From Rickettsiales bacterium (GTDB lineage: Bacteria > Pseudomonadota > Alphaproteobacteria > TMED109), in contig NZIN01000028.1 of the NCBI GenBank assembly GCA_002689905.1, positions 1-36,620 on the forward strand: 36,620 bases of DNA, written 5' to 3'. Positions 9,579 through 20,266 of the stretch are shown here, in pieces. The stretch's first letter is position 1, and each line of letters opens with the position of its first letter. The notes beneath the pieces are model-generated. The model saw only the letters and a list, made by a program, of their open reading frames with translations, did not search any database and was not told the origin of the DNA. The position numbers were made by a program, and so were the translations under genes.

Positions 9579-10794
9579 TTTAGAAATGAAAAAAAATTCT
9601 TTTAAAGGATATCCAGACTATAATGGAAATTTTGGTCCATACGGAGGAAGGTATGTAGCGGAGACACTTATGCCTTTAATTTTAGAGTTAGAGAAAAAAT
9701 ATTTATATTATAAAAAAGACAAGAAATTTCTAATGGAATTACAATCTTTGTCAAAAGATTATATTGGTAGGCCAAGTCCACTCTATTTTGCTAAAAACCT
9801 AACTAAGCTAATAGGCGGAGCAAAAATATACTTTAAAAGAGATGAATTAAATCATACTGGTGCCCATAAAATTAACAATTGTTTAGGTCAAGTTTTGCTA
9901 GCTATAAGAATGAATAAAAAAAGAATAATTGCTGAGACAGGTGCCGGCCAACATGGTGTAGCGACTGCAACTGTTTGTGCCTTATTTGGACTTGAATGTG
10001 TAGTCTATATGGGGAAAAAAGATATAGAGAGACAAAAACCAAATGTTTTTAAAATGAATTTACTGGGGGCTAAAATTGTTCCTGTAGAAACCGGTTCAGC
10101 AAGTTTAAAAGATGCTATGAACGAAGCTCTAAGGGATTGGGTCAGCAATGTAGAAAATACATTTTATATTATAGGTACAGCTGCTGGTCCACACCCATAT
10201 CCTATGATGGTAAGAGATTTTCAATCTATAATAGGAAAAGAAACAAAAAAGCAAATTTTAGAAAAAGAAAATAGATTGCCTGACTCACTCGTGGCTTGTA
10301 TTGGTGGGGGTTCAAATGCCTTAGGATTATTTTATGAATTTTTAGATGATAAAAAAGTAAATTTATACGGTATAGAGGCTGGAGGAAAGGGTATTAATAC
10401 AAAAAAACATGCAGCTTCTCTTACAGCAGGTAAGCCAGGAGTTTTGCATGGCAATAAAACATATTTAATACAAGATAGTTCAGGACAAATTAAAGAAGCT
10501 CATTCAATTTCAGCGGGCTTAGATTATCCAGGAATAGGTCCCGAACATAGCTGGTTAAAAGATTCAGGTAGAGTAAACTACTACTCTGTTAAAGATAGTG
10601 AAGCAATTAAAGCATTTAAAATGTGTTGTAAAATAGAGGGGATCATTCCAGCTCTAGAGCCAGCCCACGCATTATCTTTTGTTTTAGGGTTTGCAAAAAA
10701 ATTAAATAAAAATCATATATTAATTATGAATATGTGCGGTAGAGGTGATAAAGATATTGATAGCATAGCCAAGTATTTAAATATAAGATTATGA
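9568..10794 (+). CDS. trpB: Tryptophan synthase beta chain
   Basis: [24 protein letters not shown] (PLP lysine), [19 protein letters not shown]. Confidence 0.98.
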   Translation: MIINLEMKKNSFKGYPDYNGNFGPYGGRYVAETLMPLILELEKKYLYYKKDKKFLMELQSLSKDYIGRPSPLYFAKNLTKLIGGAKIYFKRDELNHTGAHKINNCLGQVLLAIRMNKKRIIAETGAGQHGVATATVCALFGLECVVYMGKKDIERQKPNVFKMNLLGAKIVPVETGSASLKDAMNEALRDWVSNVENTFYIIGTAAGPHPYPMMVRDFQSIIGKETKKQILEKENRLPDSLVACIGGGSNALGLFYEFLDDKKVNLYGIEAGGKGINTKKHAASLTAGKPGVLHGNKTYLIQDSSGQIKEAHSISAGLDYPGIGPEHSWLKDSGRVNYYSVKDSEAIKAFKMCCKIEGIIPALEPAHALSFVLGFAKKLNKNHILIMNMCGRGDKDIDSIAKYLNIRL

Positions 10795-11609
10795 TAAACA
10801 AAAAAATAAATAGCACGTTTTCTGTGCTTAGAAAAAAAAATAAATCAGCTTTTATAGCATTTTTAACTTCCTGTGACCCTAACTTCTCAACTAGTTTGAA
10901 ATTGCTAAAGGCATTGCCTAAAGCTGGAGTAGACATCATAGAAATAGGAATGCCATTTAGTGATCCAATGGCAGATGGTCCTGTAATACAAAGAAGTTAT
11001 TTAAGGGCACTGAAATCAGGGTGCACTTTGATTAAGACTTTAGAATTAGTAAAAAAATTTAGAGAAACTAATAAGCAGACTCCAATAGTTCTTATGGGAT
11101 ATTATAACCCTGTTTTACAATTAGGTTTAAAGAAGTTTTTTAAACACGCAAAAGAATCAGGAGTAGATGGCATTCTTATAGTAGACTTGCCTCCAGAAGC
11201 TAGTGAAGATTTATTAATAGAAGCTAGTAAGTCTAATATAGACTTAATAAGGTTAGCTACACCTACAACTAATAAATTAAGAATAGCAAATATTATAAAA
11301 GCTTCCTCTGGTTTTTTGTATTATGTTTCCATCACAGGTATTACGGGGTCTAAGATTAACAAGCTCTTAGACATAAAGAAAAGTTATATGTATTTAAAAA
11401 AATACATTAACATTCCTTTTGTAGTAGGTTTTGGTATTAACTCGACAAAAAAAGCTTCTGACATATCTAAGTATGCAGATGGCATAGTAGTAGGAAGTGA
11501 TCTAATAAAAGAAATTGAAAAAGGAGTTAAAAATAATAGTAACATTTTTAATAATGTTATAAAATTAGTAAAAAAGTATTCTAAAGCTATAAATAAGAAA
11601 AAAATATGA
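10791..11609 (+). CDS. trpA: Tryptophan synthase alpha chain
   Basis: [43 protein letters not shown]. Confidence 0.97.
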   Translation: MINKKINSTFSVLRKKNKSAFIAFLTSCDPNFSTSLKLLKALPKAGVDIIEIGMPFSDPMADGPVIQRSYLRALKSGCTLIKTLELVKKFRETNKQTPIVLMGYYNPVLQLGLKKFFKHAKESGVDGILIVDLPPEASEDLLIEASKSNIDLIRLATPTTNKLRIANIIKASSGFLYYVSITGITGSKINKLLDIKKSYMYLKKYINIPFVVGFGINSTKKASDISKYADGIVVGSDLIKEIEKGVKNNSNIFNNVIKLVKKYSKAINKKKI

Positions 11610-12454
11610 ATTGGCTAACTAATTTCGTAAAACCAAAACTAAAAGCAATAAAATCAAAGATTCTTAAAAAAGATAATCTATGGCAAAAGTGCTCTTCTTG
11701 CGGTCAGATGATGTTTCATAAAGATTTAGAGGAGAGGTTGTATATATGCTCTAATTGTGAAGCACATCTTCCAATGCCTATTAAAGAAAGGCTCAAAAAT
11801 TTATATGATAATCAAGAATTTGATATAAAGGAAATGCCTAATGTTATAGAAGACCCATTGCTTTTTAAGGATAAAATTAAATATACAGAGAGATTAAAGC
11901 TAGCTAGAAAAAAAACATTAGATAATGATGCTATTATTGTGGCCAGTGGCAAAGTTAATAACATTAATTTAATCACTGCAGCTATGAATTTTAGTTTTAT
12001 GGGTGGATCTATGGGTATGCAAGTAGGTGAAGGTATAGTAACAGCAGCTAATGTAGCTAGAACCTCTAGGTGTCCACTGCTTATAATAGCTTCTTCAGGA
12101 GGAGCTAGAATGCAAGAGGGTATACTTTCTTTAATGCAAATGCCAAGAACTGTTGCTGCGATTGAGATATTCAAGGAAACAAAGTTACCTTATATAGTTC
12201 TATTTACCAACCCAGTTACAGGAGGTGTTTCTGCATCCTTCACTATGTTGGGAGATATTTTAATTGCAGAACCTGGAGCATTGATAGGTTTTGCAGGGCC
12301 AAGAGTAATTAAAAAAACCGTAAATGAAGAATTGCCAGAGGGCTTCCAAAAAAGTGAGTATTTGCTAGAAAATGGGATGATAGATTTAATTTTAAATAGA
12401 AATGAATTTAAAAGTAGATTAACCAGAATATTAAAGCATTTGATGGATCAGTAG
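11606..12454 (+). CDS. accD: Acetyl-CoA carboxylase carboxyltransferase beta subunit
   Basis: LWQKCxxC...CxxC zinc finger, FMGGSMG, SGGARMQEG, GFAGPRVI. Confidence 0.97.
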   Translation: MNWLTNFVKPKLKAIKSKILKKDNLWQKCSSCGQMMFHKDLEERLYICSNCEAHLPMPIKERLKNLYDNQEFDIKEMPNVIEDPLLFKDKIKYTERLKLARKKTLDNDAIIVASGKVNNINLITAAMNFSFMGGSMGMQVGEGIVTAANVARTSRCPLLIIASSGGARMQEGILSLMQMPRTVAAIEIFKETKLPYIVLFTNPVTGGVSASFTMLGDILIAEPGALIGFAGPRVIKKTVNEELPEGFQKSEYLLENGMIDLILNRNEFKSRLTRILKHLMDQ

Positions 12455-12457
12455 AGT

Positions 12458-13765
12458 TTGTTACAAGCTTACCAAAATATAGTTCATCAAGATAAAAAAA
12501 TAGAAAAAATATTAAAATCTTTTTTTTTGTTACATCCTCAAAATGTTGATTTATCCCTAAATAGGATAAAAAGACTATTACATAGCCTTAAAAATCCTCA
12601 CAAAAATATTGAAAACATAATACATATTGCAGGAACGAACGGTAAGGGTTCAATAGCAACAATATTATTTAATTTACAAAAAATACAAGGAAAAACAGTT
12701 AATGTTTATAGGTCGCCTCATCTAATTTCTTTTAATGAGAGGTTTTTTATTAGAAATAAAAAAATATCTAATAAGTATTTATTTGAAGTATTAGAATTTA
12801 TTAAAGAGGTTAATGAAGGTTTACCTATAACATTTTTTGAAATTATAACTGCTGCTGCTTTTTATATGTTTTACGAAAACAGAGCAGATTTAACTATTTT
12901 AGAGGTAGGTTTAGGAGGCAGGTGTGATGCTACTAACATAATAGATAAAAGTTTAATATCTATAATTTCTACTATAGATATAGATCATAAAGAATTTCTT
13001 GGAAACAATATCAAGGCTATTGCTAAAGAAAAAGTAGGAATTATAAAAAGAAATAGTTGTGTAATTTCAAGTATACAAAAATTAGCTGCAAAAAAGATCA
13101 TACATGAAAAGGCTCATACTATGGGTAGTCAATTGAATGAGTGTAATGTGGATTGGAAAGTAAAGAATAAAATATTTTATTATAAGGATATTGAAATAAA
13201 TTTAAGCAGACTTTCGTTATTAGGAAAGCATCAATATATTAATGCTTCATGTGCTCTGATGGCGTGCGTTAAAAAGAAAATATTAAATATTGATTTTAAT
13301 ACAATAGATAAGTCATTATCTATGATTAAGTGGTCAGGCAGAATTGAGAAAATTAAAAGCCATGCTTCTTCTTCATACAAAGATTTAGAAATCTGGGCTG
13401 ATGTTGCTCATAATAAGCTGGGATTTAAAGTTCTAATTGATTGGGTAAAAGAAAGTAATTTAAATAATCTTTATATAATTTTAGCACTTGGTATTAAAAA
13501 AAGTTATTTAAATGTTTTAAAAGAAATAAATAAAACAAATCCAAAAGTTATTTACTTGGTATCAATGACAAACTTTCAAAATCACAATCCATATAAAATA
13601 CAAAAAGCTGCGACAAAATATGGTATAAAAACTCTTGTTTGCGATACAGCATTTAACGCCTTGGATGATATCAAGAAAAATAATCAGTCTAAGCTAGAAA
13701 GAAAGCGCATCATTATCACAGGATCAATCGGTTTAGTAGGTAGCTTTTTATCTGAAATGAAATAA
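12458..13765 (+). CDS. folC: Folylpolyglutamate synthase / dihydrofolate synthase
   Basis: IHIAGTNGKGS, SPHL..FNER, TFFE, LEVGLGGR.DATN, DVAHN. Confidence 0.95.
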   Translation: MLQAYQNIVHQDKKIEKILKSFFLLHPQNVDLSLNRIKRLLHSLKNPHKNIENIIHIAGTNGKGSIATILFNLQKIQGKTVNVYRSPHLISFNERFFIRNKKISNKYLFEVLEFIKEVNEGLPITFFEIITAAAFYMFYENRADLTILEVGLGGRCDATNIIDKSLISIISTIDIDHKEFLGNNIKAIAKEKVGIIKRNSCVISSIQKLAAKKIIHEKAHTMGSQLNECNVDWKVKNKIFYYKDIEINLSRLSLLGKHQYINASCALMACVKKKILNIDFNTIDKSLSMIKWSGRIEKIKSHASSSYKDLEIWADVAHNKLGFKVLIDWVKESNLNNLYIILALGIKKSYLNVLKEINKTNPKVIYLVSMTNFQNHNPYKIQKAATKYGIKTLVCDTAFNALDDIKKNNQSKLERKRIIITGSIGLVGSFLSEMK

Positions 13766-13766
13766 A

Positions 13767-14087
13767 TCATATATTCTCGTCTAGCCAAGTCGATAATGTT
13801 TTTTTCTCCACTAAACCAATTTGTGTTGCAATTAATTCACCATTTTTAAAAAGTATAAGTGTTGGTATGCTCATGATTCCATATTTTGAAGGTATTTCAG
13901 GGTTTTCGTCTATATTAACTTTAGCTATCAAAACTTTTTCTTGAAAATCCTCAGCTAATTCTTGCAATATAGGAGATATTTGCTTACAAGGTCCACACCA
14001 TTCAGCCCAAAAGTCACATAAAACTGGTTTGCTAGAGTTTAAGACTTTTTCTTTAAAATTTTTATCATCTACATTTAAAATTGACAT
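13767..14087 (-). CDS. trxA: Thioredoxin
   Basis: DFWAEWCGPCK active site, SIPTL; 106 aa. Confidence 0.97.
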   Translation of the reverse strand: MSILNVDDKNFKEKVLNSSKPVLCDFWAEWCGPCKQISPILQELAEDFQEKVLIAKVNIDENPEIPSKYGIMSIPTLILFKNGELIATQIGLVEKKTLSTWLDENI

Positions 14088-14096
14088 GTTAATACC

Positions 14097-15497
14097 TCAC
14101 TTTTGTAATTTTTTTTCTAAGTCTTCAATATATTGATTAATATCATATAACATATTTATATTATCTTTATTATTATCATACTTTTCTCTTAAGTCATCTA
14201 TCTTTTTATAAGCCTCGTTAATAGTTAGCCACCTCTCTTTATTAGTACTTAAAAGTCTTTCAGATTGATATTTTTTAATTTCCGTATATTTATCAACATC
14301 TAATAATTCTGGCTTTTCTTCATATAAAAGTAATTCAGCAAAATACTTAAGTCTACTATCTTTAAATTTATCTATGATTTGAACTTTTTTATCCCAGGCT
14401 GACATTTGAAAATCTTTAATTAATGAGTCATCACTGCTATTAATAAACTTTTTATAGATACTTTCCTCATTATAAATATCAACTTGTGAAAATTCTTCAA
14501 TTGAGTTACTTGCATAACATGAGAGTATCTTTTCTCTCAAAAGGTCATTCTCTCTAATAAAATTATGACGGTTTATAATAGTTTCATTAGGTAATATACC
14601 ATAGTCATCAACTTTGTTTATGTCTTTGAAATCTAATAAAATTGGACTTTTATTAAGTTTTAGCTTTCTAATCTTTTTTGGAGAACTTTCTAGATAGGAG
14701 TAAAGTTCTGATGAACTCATATTTAACATCTTTTGTGGATCTTCACTTAAATCAAAACATAGGGCCCATTTATAGGTCGGATGAAAACCACAAAAAGATA
14801 AACAAAAAAGCTTGGATTTTCCAAAGAAAGATTCTAAGTAGCAAAATGGTTCATCTTCTATAATATCTTCTAGAGAGCTTTTTTGTAAGTTTTTAAGACT
14901 ACTATTCCAAATTTTTGGTGTTTTATTCTTTATTAATTTGGCTAGTTCCAATGTTGCATAAGTATCACCTAATGCATCATGAGCAGTAAAGTTTTCAATG
15001 CCATTTGTTTTAGCAATGCTCTCTAATTTTAAAATTGAAGTACCTTTCTTATTTATCATACTCTTTATTTTTTCTGGATGAAAGTAGTTTGCTATTCTTG
15101 TGCTATTAAGCAAATCAGACCTTAAATTTTTATTTTTAATGGTTAGGTACGGATCATATAAATTTTTGAAGAAAGCATTTCTCAACATTTCTTCATCAAA
15201 AGCAATTGAATTATACCCAATAAAAGTAGCAGGGGACCAATCACTAAATTTTTTATAAACTGAAGAAACTAATGCGTAATTTGATAGGTTAGATTGATAA
15301 ATATCTTTAATTGGAATTCTATTTACTAGTAATGCTTCTGGGTCAGGAATACAAAAAGTATTTATTCTTCCTATATAATTAATTTCATCTAATACATTAA
15401 GGTTTTCATCTGTACATATTGCAGCAATTTGGATTATCTGGTCCCAGAAAGAAGATCTTCCAGTAGTTTCTAAATCATAAAATACTATTTTTCTCAT
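14097..15497 (-). CDS. sbcB: Exodeoxyribonuclease I (DEDDh 3'-5' ssDNA exonuclease)
   Basis: ExoI FYDLETTG, P.PEALLV, ExoII GYNSIAFDEE..R..F..NL.DPY, ExoIII AHDALGD; 466 aa matches the ExoI size range. Confidence 0.85.
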   Translation of the reverse strand: MRKIVFYDLETTGRSSFWDQIIQIAAICTDENLNVLDEINYIGRINTFCIPDPEALLVNRIPIKDIYQSNLSNYALVSSVYKKFSDWSPATFIGYNSIAFDEEMLRNAFFKNLYDPYLTIKNKNLRSDLLNSTRIANYFHPEKIKSMINKKGTSILKLESIAKTNGIENFTAHDALGDTYATLELAKLIKNKTPKIWNSSLKNLQKSSLEDIIEDEPFCYLESFFGKSKLFCLSFCGFHPTYKWALCFDLSEDPQKMLNMSSSELYSYLESSPKKIRKLKLNKSPILLDFKDINKVDDYGILPNETIINRHNFIRENDLLREKILSCYASNSIEEFSQVDIYNEESIYKKFINSSDDSLIKDFQMSAWDKKVQIIDKFKDSRLKYFAELLLYEEKPELLDVDKYTEIKKYQSERLLSTNKERWLTINEAYKKIDDLREKYDNNKDNINMLYDINQYIEDLEKKLQK

Positions 15498-16246
15498 AAT
15501 TTATATTTATTTTCATTTATAAATTTTTCAATTTGTATAAGTGATTTTGGTGTACTTGCATGTAAAAAGTTACCATTAATTTTTGTACCATATAGTCCAT
15601 TATGGTTTTCTGCTAAATCATAAAGCAAGTTAAGAGAAAATTTTCTTTCCGATATTTTCTTAAAAAGATCTTTTTTTATTATTTGCCATCCAGTAAAAAC
15701 AAGGCCCTCATTATTATTATTATTTTTTCTTTTTATTTTAAATGTAGAACTTTTTGACTGCATTATAAAGTCTCCATTTCCTTTATACCCAATCGTATCC
15801 TTTATGGATGCTAATAATAGTAATACGCTCATTTTCTCTTTTTCAAACCTCTTATATAGTTCTGTAACAGGGCAATAATTTTTATGATGCACTAGCAGAG
15901 AGTCACCATTTATAGCTAATATATAATCATTTCTAAACAAATGTAATGCATTCTTTATTCCTCCTCCTGTTTCCAATCTTTTTTCTTCAAATGAAGAAGT
16001 TATGATAGGAAACTTATTTTTATAGGAGTAATTTTTAATAAAACTATCGATTGTTTTATTTTTGTAACAATTATTAATTATACAATTTTTGATCCCTAGT
16101 GAGGAGAGATAATTCAGGTTAATCTCTAACATGGGTTTCTGTAAAACTTTAACTAATGGTTTCGCTATATACTTTGTCTTATACCTCATTCTTTTACCTC
16201 TACCCGCAGATAATAGTATAGCTTCTATGTTTTTTAAAGACTTCAT
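15494..16246 (-). CDS. murU: MurNAc-alpha-1-phosphate uridylyltransferase (MurU-like nucleotidyltransferase)
   Basis: LSAGRGKRM...KPLV, LETGGGI..AL, NGDS, GDF; tsaE-amgK-murU synteny. Confidence 0.8.
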   Translation of the reverse strand: MKSLKNIEAILLSAGRGKRMRYKTKYIAKPLVKVLQKPMLEINLNYLSSLGIKNCIINNCYKNKTIDSFIKNYSYKNKFPIITSSFEEKRLETGGGIKNALHLFRNDYILAINGDSLLVHHKNYCPVTELYKRFEKEKMSVLLLLASIKDTIGYKGNGDFIMQSKSSTFKIKRKNNNNNEGLVFTGWQIIKKDLFKKISERKFSLNLLYDLAENHNGLYGTKINGNFLHASTPKSLIQIEKFINENKYKL

Positions 16247-16249
16247 ATT

Positions 16250-17212
16250 CTAATTACTGGAAATCCAATCCCTTAATTCGTAGAAGATTTTATTTTTTAA
16301 GTTTTGTTTTAATAATGTATTTGCTCTTGGAAGAAATTTAATATAATTATGCTTATTTTCCTGGATTGATAATCTTTTAAAAATACCAATTATTTTTAAT
16401 AATCGTTGTGTGCCTAATATTAAATAAGCATCATAGAACTTCTCTTTATTTAAAATATTTTTAGAAACAAAGTACTTATATAAATATTTTCTTTCCTCCT
16501 TTGATAAAAAAACTCTTACATCTTGAAGTAAAGAAACTAAATCATATGCAGGGTGACCGATAAGACCATCTTGAAAATCTATTAGCCCGATTTTTTTTTC
16601 TTTAGATCTTTCTTTTAAATAAAATATATTATCTACGTGAAAGTCTCTTAGTACCATAACAGGTTTTTTACCTTCAATCTTTTTAAATAGCTTTTTCCAA
16701 ATATTAACCCATTCATTCACTTCATTTTTATTAATACTTTTTTCAAAACCCAAGTGCCAAACTAAATATAGATTTAACTCCTTGTATAAGACTGAATCGT
16801 CGTATTTATTTATAAATTTGGGCGCAGGAACTTTTGAAAGTGACGTAAGTAAGTCAATAGCTTTTTTATAGTAATATATCTTCTTTGTCTTATTTTTTTT
16901 AAGCAATATGCTAAACTTATTTTCTTCAAAATCTTCTAATAACAATAAACCTTTTCTCTCATCCACACTATAAAGGTTAGGAGCAGAAAAGCCGTTCTTT
17001 TTTAGCCAGCTTGATATCTTTATAAAATCTTTTAAGGAGTTCTTTTCTAAAGTGCTATCCATTAAAAGACACTTAAGTCTCAAATTATTGACTCTATAAT
17101 ATTGTCTGCGCGAAGCATCATTTTTTAATAACTTTAAGGAAGAGGAGTTGATATTTTTTTTTTTCAAAAAACTTTCTAAACTAACTGGTAATTTATACTT
17201 TTTCATTATCAA
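16250..17212 (-). CDS. amgK: Anomeric MurNAc/GlcNAc kinase (AmgK, aminoglycoside phosphotransferase fold)
   Basis: DASRRQYYR, LLEDF, RDFHVDN, IDFQD, YDLVSLLQD, QR.LKIIGIF.RL. Confidence 0.85.
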   Translation of the reverse strand: MIMKKYKLPVSLESFLKKKNINSSSLKLLKNDASRRQYYRVNNLRLKCLLMDSTLEKNSLKDFIKISSWLKKNGFSAPNLYSVDERKGLLLLEDFEENKFSILLKKNKTKKIYYYKKAIDLLTSLSKVPAPKFINKYDDSVLYKELNLYLVWHLGFEKSINKNEVNEWVNIWKKLFKKIEGKKPVMVLRDFHVDNIFYLKERSKEKKIGLIDFQDGLIGHPAYDLVSLLQDVRVFLSKEERKYLYKYFVSKNILNKEKFYDAYLILGTQRLLKIIGIFKRLSIQENKHNYIKFLPRANTLLKQNLKNKIFYELRDWISSN

Positions 17213-17660
17213 TTAATTTTTTTAATTTATTTTTCCAAGTATTATTACCTTCTAATTTTAAAACTCTAATATCATTTTTAATATCTATAGATACCTTTAG
17301 AAGATTACTAGGTAAAATATCTAAAATTTTTTCTGCCCATTCAATTAAAAATATTGAGCTTTCAAACATTTCAACTATACCTAGAGGTAATACTTCTTCG
17401 GAGTTTTTAATTCTCCACACATCCATATGATATATTATTAATTTATTTGATGTATAAGGCAACATCAGGTTATATGAAGGGCTCGTGACTTTTTTTATAT
17501 CAGTTATATTTCTAATAAAGTATCTTATAAAGGTTGTTTTACCAGAGCCCATTCTACCAGATAAAGCTAATATATCTCCTTTTTGACATGTTTTAGAAAC
17601 CTCCTCTGCTATATATTTAGTCTTGCTTTCTTCATTTATATCAAAAATATGTTTAAACAT
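17193..17660 (-). CDS. tsaE: tRNA threonylcarbamoyladenosine biosynthesis ATPase TsaE
   Basis: LSG.MGSGKTTF, VTSPSY, YHMD.WR, IEWAE. Confidence 0.93.
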   Translation of the reverse strand: MFKHIFDINEESKTKYIAEEVSKTCQKGDILALSGRMGSGKTTFIRYFIRNITDIKKVTSPSYNLMLPYTSNKLIIYHMDVWRIKNSEEVLPLGIVEMFESSIFLIEWAEKILDILPSNLLKVSIDIKNDIRVLKLEGNNTWKNKLKKLIDNEKV

Positions 17661-17674
17661 ACTTGCAGATTATA

Positions 17675-18964
17675 TTAGTATCTATAACTTTTATTTTTAA
17701 AGGGGCCACTTTCTTCTATTCCTAAATAATCAGCTTGTTCTTTAGAAAGTTTTGTTAATTTAGCTCCAACTTTATTTAGATGTAACCTTGCCACTTTTTC
17801 ATCTAAATGTTTTGGTAAAGTATAGACTTTATTAGAGTAATTATTATGATTGTTAAAAAGCTCAATTTGAGCTAGTACTTGATTAGTAAATGAAGCACTC
17901 ATCACAAAAGAGGGATGACCAGTTGCACAGCCTAGGTTTACAAGTCTACCCTTTGCAAGAACTATAATTTTTTTACCATCAGGAAAAGTTACCTGATCAA
18001 CTTGAGGTTTAATTTCATCCCACACCATATTATTTAACTGATTGATCTGTATTTCTGAGTCAAAGTGACCAATATTACAGACTATTGCCTGATCTTTCAT
18101 TTTTCTCATATGTTCTAGGGTAATTACATCAATATTTCCAGTAGCTGTAACAAATATATCTGGTATGTGAGCAATTTCATCAATGTTTACTACATCATAA
18201 CCTTCCATAGAAGCTTGTAACGCACATATTGGATCTACTTCAGTAACCATTACTCTAGCACCTGCACTTCTTAAACTAGCAGCAGAACCTTTACCTACAT
18301 CACCATACCCAGCAACTAAGGCTACTTTGCCAGATAGCATAACATCTGTTGCTCTTCTTATACCATCTACTAGACTTTCTCTACATCCATACAAATTGTC
18401 AAACTTAGATTTTGTAACAGAATCGTTAACATTAATCGCCGGCACTTTTAATATATTATTTTCCTGCATTTCGTATAATCTTTGAACACCTGTAGTTGTT
18501 TCTTCACTTAAGCCTTTAATATTATTTAATAGATCAGGATATTTCTCGTGCATTAATTTAGTTAAGTCACCTCCGTCATCTAAAATTAAGTTAGGTTCCC
18601 AACCTTCTGCTTTTATAGTTTTTTCTATACACCACCAGAATTCTTCTTCTGTTTCTTCTTTCCATGCAAAAACAGGAATATTCATTTTAGCTATTGCAGC
18701 AGCAGCATGATCTTGAGTAGAAAAAATATTACATGAAGACCATCTTACTTTAGCCCCTAATATTACTAGAGTTTCTATTAATACTGCAGTCTGAATAGTC
18801 ATGTGAAGACAACCAATTATGTTCGCTCCTTTTAGAGGCTTTGACATTTTATACTCCTCTCTTAGTGAGATTAACCCTGGCATTTCTTTTTCCGCTAGGT
18901 TGATTTCTTTTCTTCCCCAATCCGCAAGATTTATATCTGCAACTTTATAATCATCATTTTTCAT
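17675..18964 (-). CDS. ahcY: Adenosylhomocysteinase
   Basis: [57 protein letters not shown]; GAGG SD upstream. Confidence 0.98.
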   Translation of the reverse strand: MKNDDYKVADINLADWGRKEINLAEKEMPGLISLREEYKMSKPLKGANIIGCLHMTIQTAVLIETLVILGAKVRWSSCNIFSTQDHAAAAIAKMNIPVFAWKEETEEEFWWCIEKTIKAEGWEPNLILDDGGDLTKLMHEKYPDLLNNIKGLSEETTTGVQRLYEMQENNILKVPAINVNDSVTKSKFDNLYGCRESLVDGIRRATDVMLSGKVALVAGYGDVGKGSAASLRSAGARVMVTEVDPICALQASMEGYDVVNIDEIAHIPDIFVTATGNIDVITLEHMRKMKDQAIVCNIGHFDSEIQINQLNNMVWDEIKPQVDQVTFPDGKKIIVLAKGRLVNLGCATGHPSFVMSASFTNQVLAQIELFNNHNNYSNKVYTLPKHLDEKVARLHLNKVGAKLTKLSKEQADYLGIEESGPFKNKSYRY

Positions 18965-18981
18965 ATTTTTTTCCTCATAAT

Positions 18982-19485
18982 TTATAGTGATGGTAATAAT
19001 AATATGGCTAATACATCTTCTGCTCTTTTAGCTCCCCTAATTTCCTTTCTGATATTAGGGCTTTTTAATATTCTTGTAAGTTTTGCAAGAATTTGTAGCT
19101 TATTTGATGTTTCTATATTTTCAGGTGTTATGAGTGTAAAAATAATATCAGTAGAATTTTTACCATCAAAAACTACGGGGTTTTGAAGTCTAAAAAACAT
19201 TAAGCAGTTTTTTTTCAACTCGTTAAAAAAGCTATGCACTAAAACAATTCCATTATCTAAAGACAATAACTCATTACTATTTTTTTTCTTTAAGGAAGCA
19301 TAAAATTCTTTTGATTTAAGCCCATACTCCTTTTTACCTACATTATAAATTTCTGCGAAAACATCCTTTATAGTTAATAAGTTTTTATCCAAAAAAGATT
19401 CTTTGCTAGCATAAAAACTTAGACTAGAGTTTGAAGAGCTTAGCTTAATATTATTGATATTCTTTTTTAAAAAACTGGTTTTCAT
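18982..19485 (-). CDS. ptsN: Divergent PTS EIIA(Ntr)-like protein
   Basis: NGIVLVH (cf. GIAIPH), RL..PV.FD...DIIF.L..PE, L..LA...R.L; lies downstream of lptB as ptsN usually does. Confidence 0.7.
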   Translation of the reverse strand: MKTSFLKKNINNIKLSSSNSSLSFYASKESFLDKNLLTIKDVFAEIYNVGKKEYGLKSKEFYASLKKKNSNELLSLDNGIVLVHSFFNELKKNCLMFFRLQNPVVFDGKNSTDIIFTLITPENIETSNKLQILAKLTRILKSPNIRKEIRGAKRAEDVLAILLLPSL

Positions 19486-19496
19486 AATATAAGGAC

Positions 19497-20264
19497 TTAT
19501 AAATTAAAATTAGCACCCAAATACACTTGTCTAACATTTTTATCTTGGGCTATTTCTTTTGGTTTACCAGATTTCATTATTTCTCCATTATGAATAATAT
19601 AAGCTCTTTCGACAATATTTAAGGTATCTCTAACATTATGATCTGTAACTAAAACTCCAACATTTTTTTCTTTTACCTGACTGACAAGTTCACTAACTTC
19701 TGATACAGATACTGGATCAATACCAGCGAGAGGTTCATCTAGAAGTAGGAAAGATGGTTGACTTGCAAGTGCTCTTGCAATTTCTACTCTTCTTCTCTCT
19801 CCTCCAGAAAGTGTAATAGCAGATGCTCTTCTTAGATGAGATATAGAAAATTCTGCGAGCAAATCGTCTAACATTAATTCTATTTTATCTCTATCATTCT
19901 CTATTACTTGCAAAACGGACCTAATATTTTGTTCTACAGTCATACCTCTAAAAATAGATGATTCTTGAGGTAAGTAGCCTAAACCACTTTTTGCTCTTAA
20001 ATATACAGGAAAATTTGTTATCTCGGTTCCGTTTAGATAGATAGATCCGTAATCTGCAGATAATAGACCCATTATTATGTAAAAGCAGGTAGTTTTTCCT
20101 GCACCATTGGGACCGAGCAATCCGACTATTTCTCCTTTTTTAACCTTAATACTAATATCTCTCAGAATTGGTCTATTTTTAAACATTTTCCCAAGTTTTT
20201 TAACTGATAAACCTTTATTAGATATTATTATCTTGGGTTTTATTGGCATTTTCTTCTTAGTCAT
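19497..20264 (-). CDS. lptB: LPS export ABC transporter ATP-binding protein
   Basis: GLLGPNGAGKTTCFY, YLPQE.SIFR, LSGGERRRVEIARALA, TDHNVR. Confidence 0.96.
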   Translation of the reverse strand: MTKKKMPIKPKIIISNKGLSVKKLGKMFKNRPILRDISIKVKKGEIVGLLGPNGAGKTTCFYIIMGLLSADYGSIYLNGTEITNFPVYLRAKSGLGYLPQESSIFRGMTVEQNIRSVLQVIENDRDKIELMLDDLLAEFSISHLRRASAITLSGGERRRVEIARALASQPSFLLLDEPLAGIDPVSVSEVSELVSQVKEKNVGVLVTDHNVRDTLNIVERAYIIHNGEIMKSGKPKEIAQDKNVRQVYLGANFNL

Positions 20265-20266
20265 AA

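Noticed and set aside
10724-14863. ORFs 10724-10939, 11812-12174 and 14678-14863
   Set aside because: Lie opposite trpB/trpA, accD and sbcB; no independent evidence
18965-18981. SAH/SAM riboswitch upstream of ahcY
   Set aside because: Only 17 bp of intergenic DNA, containing just an SD
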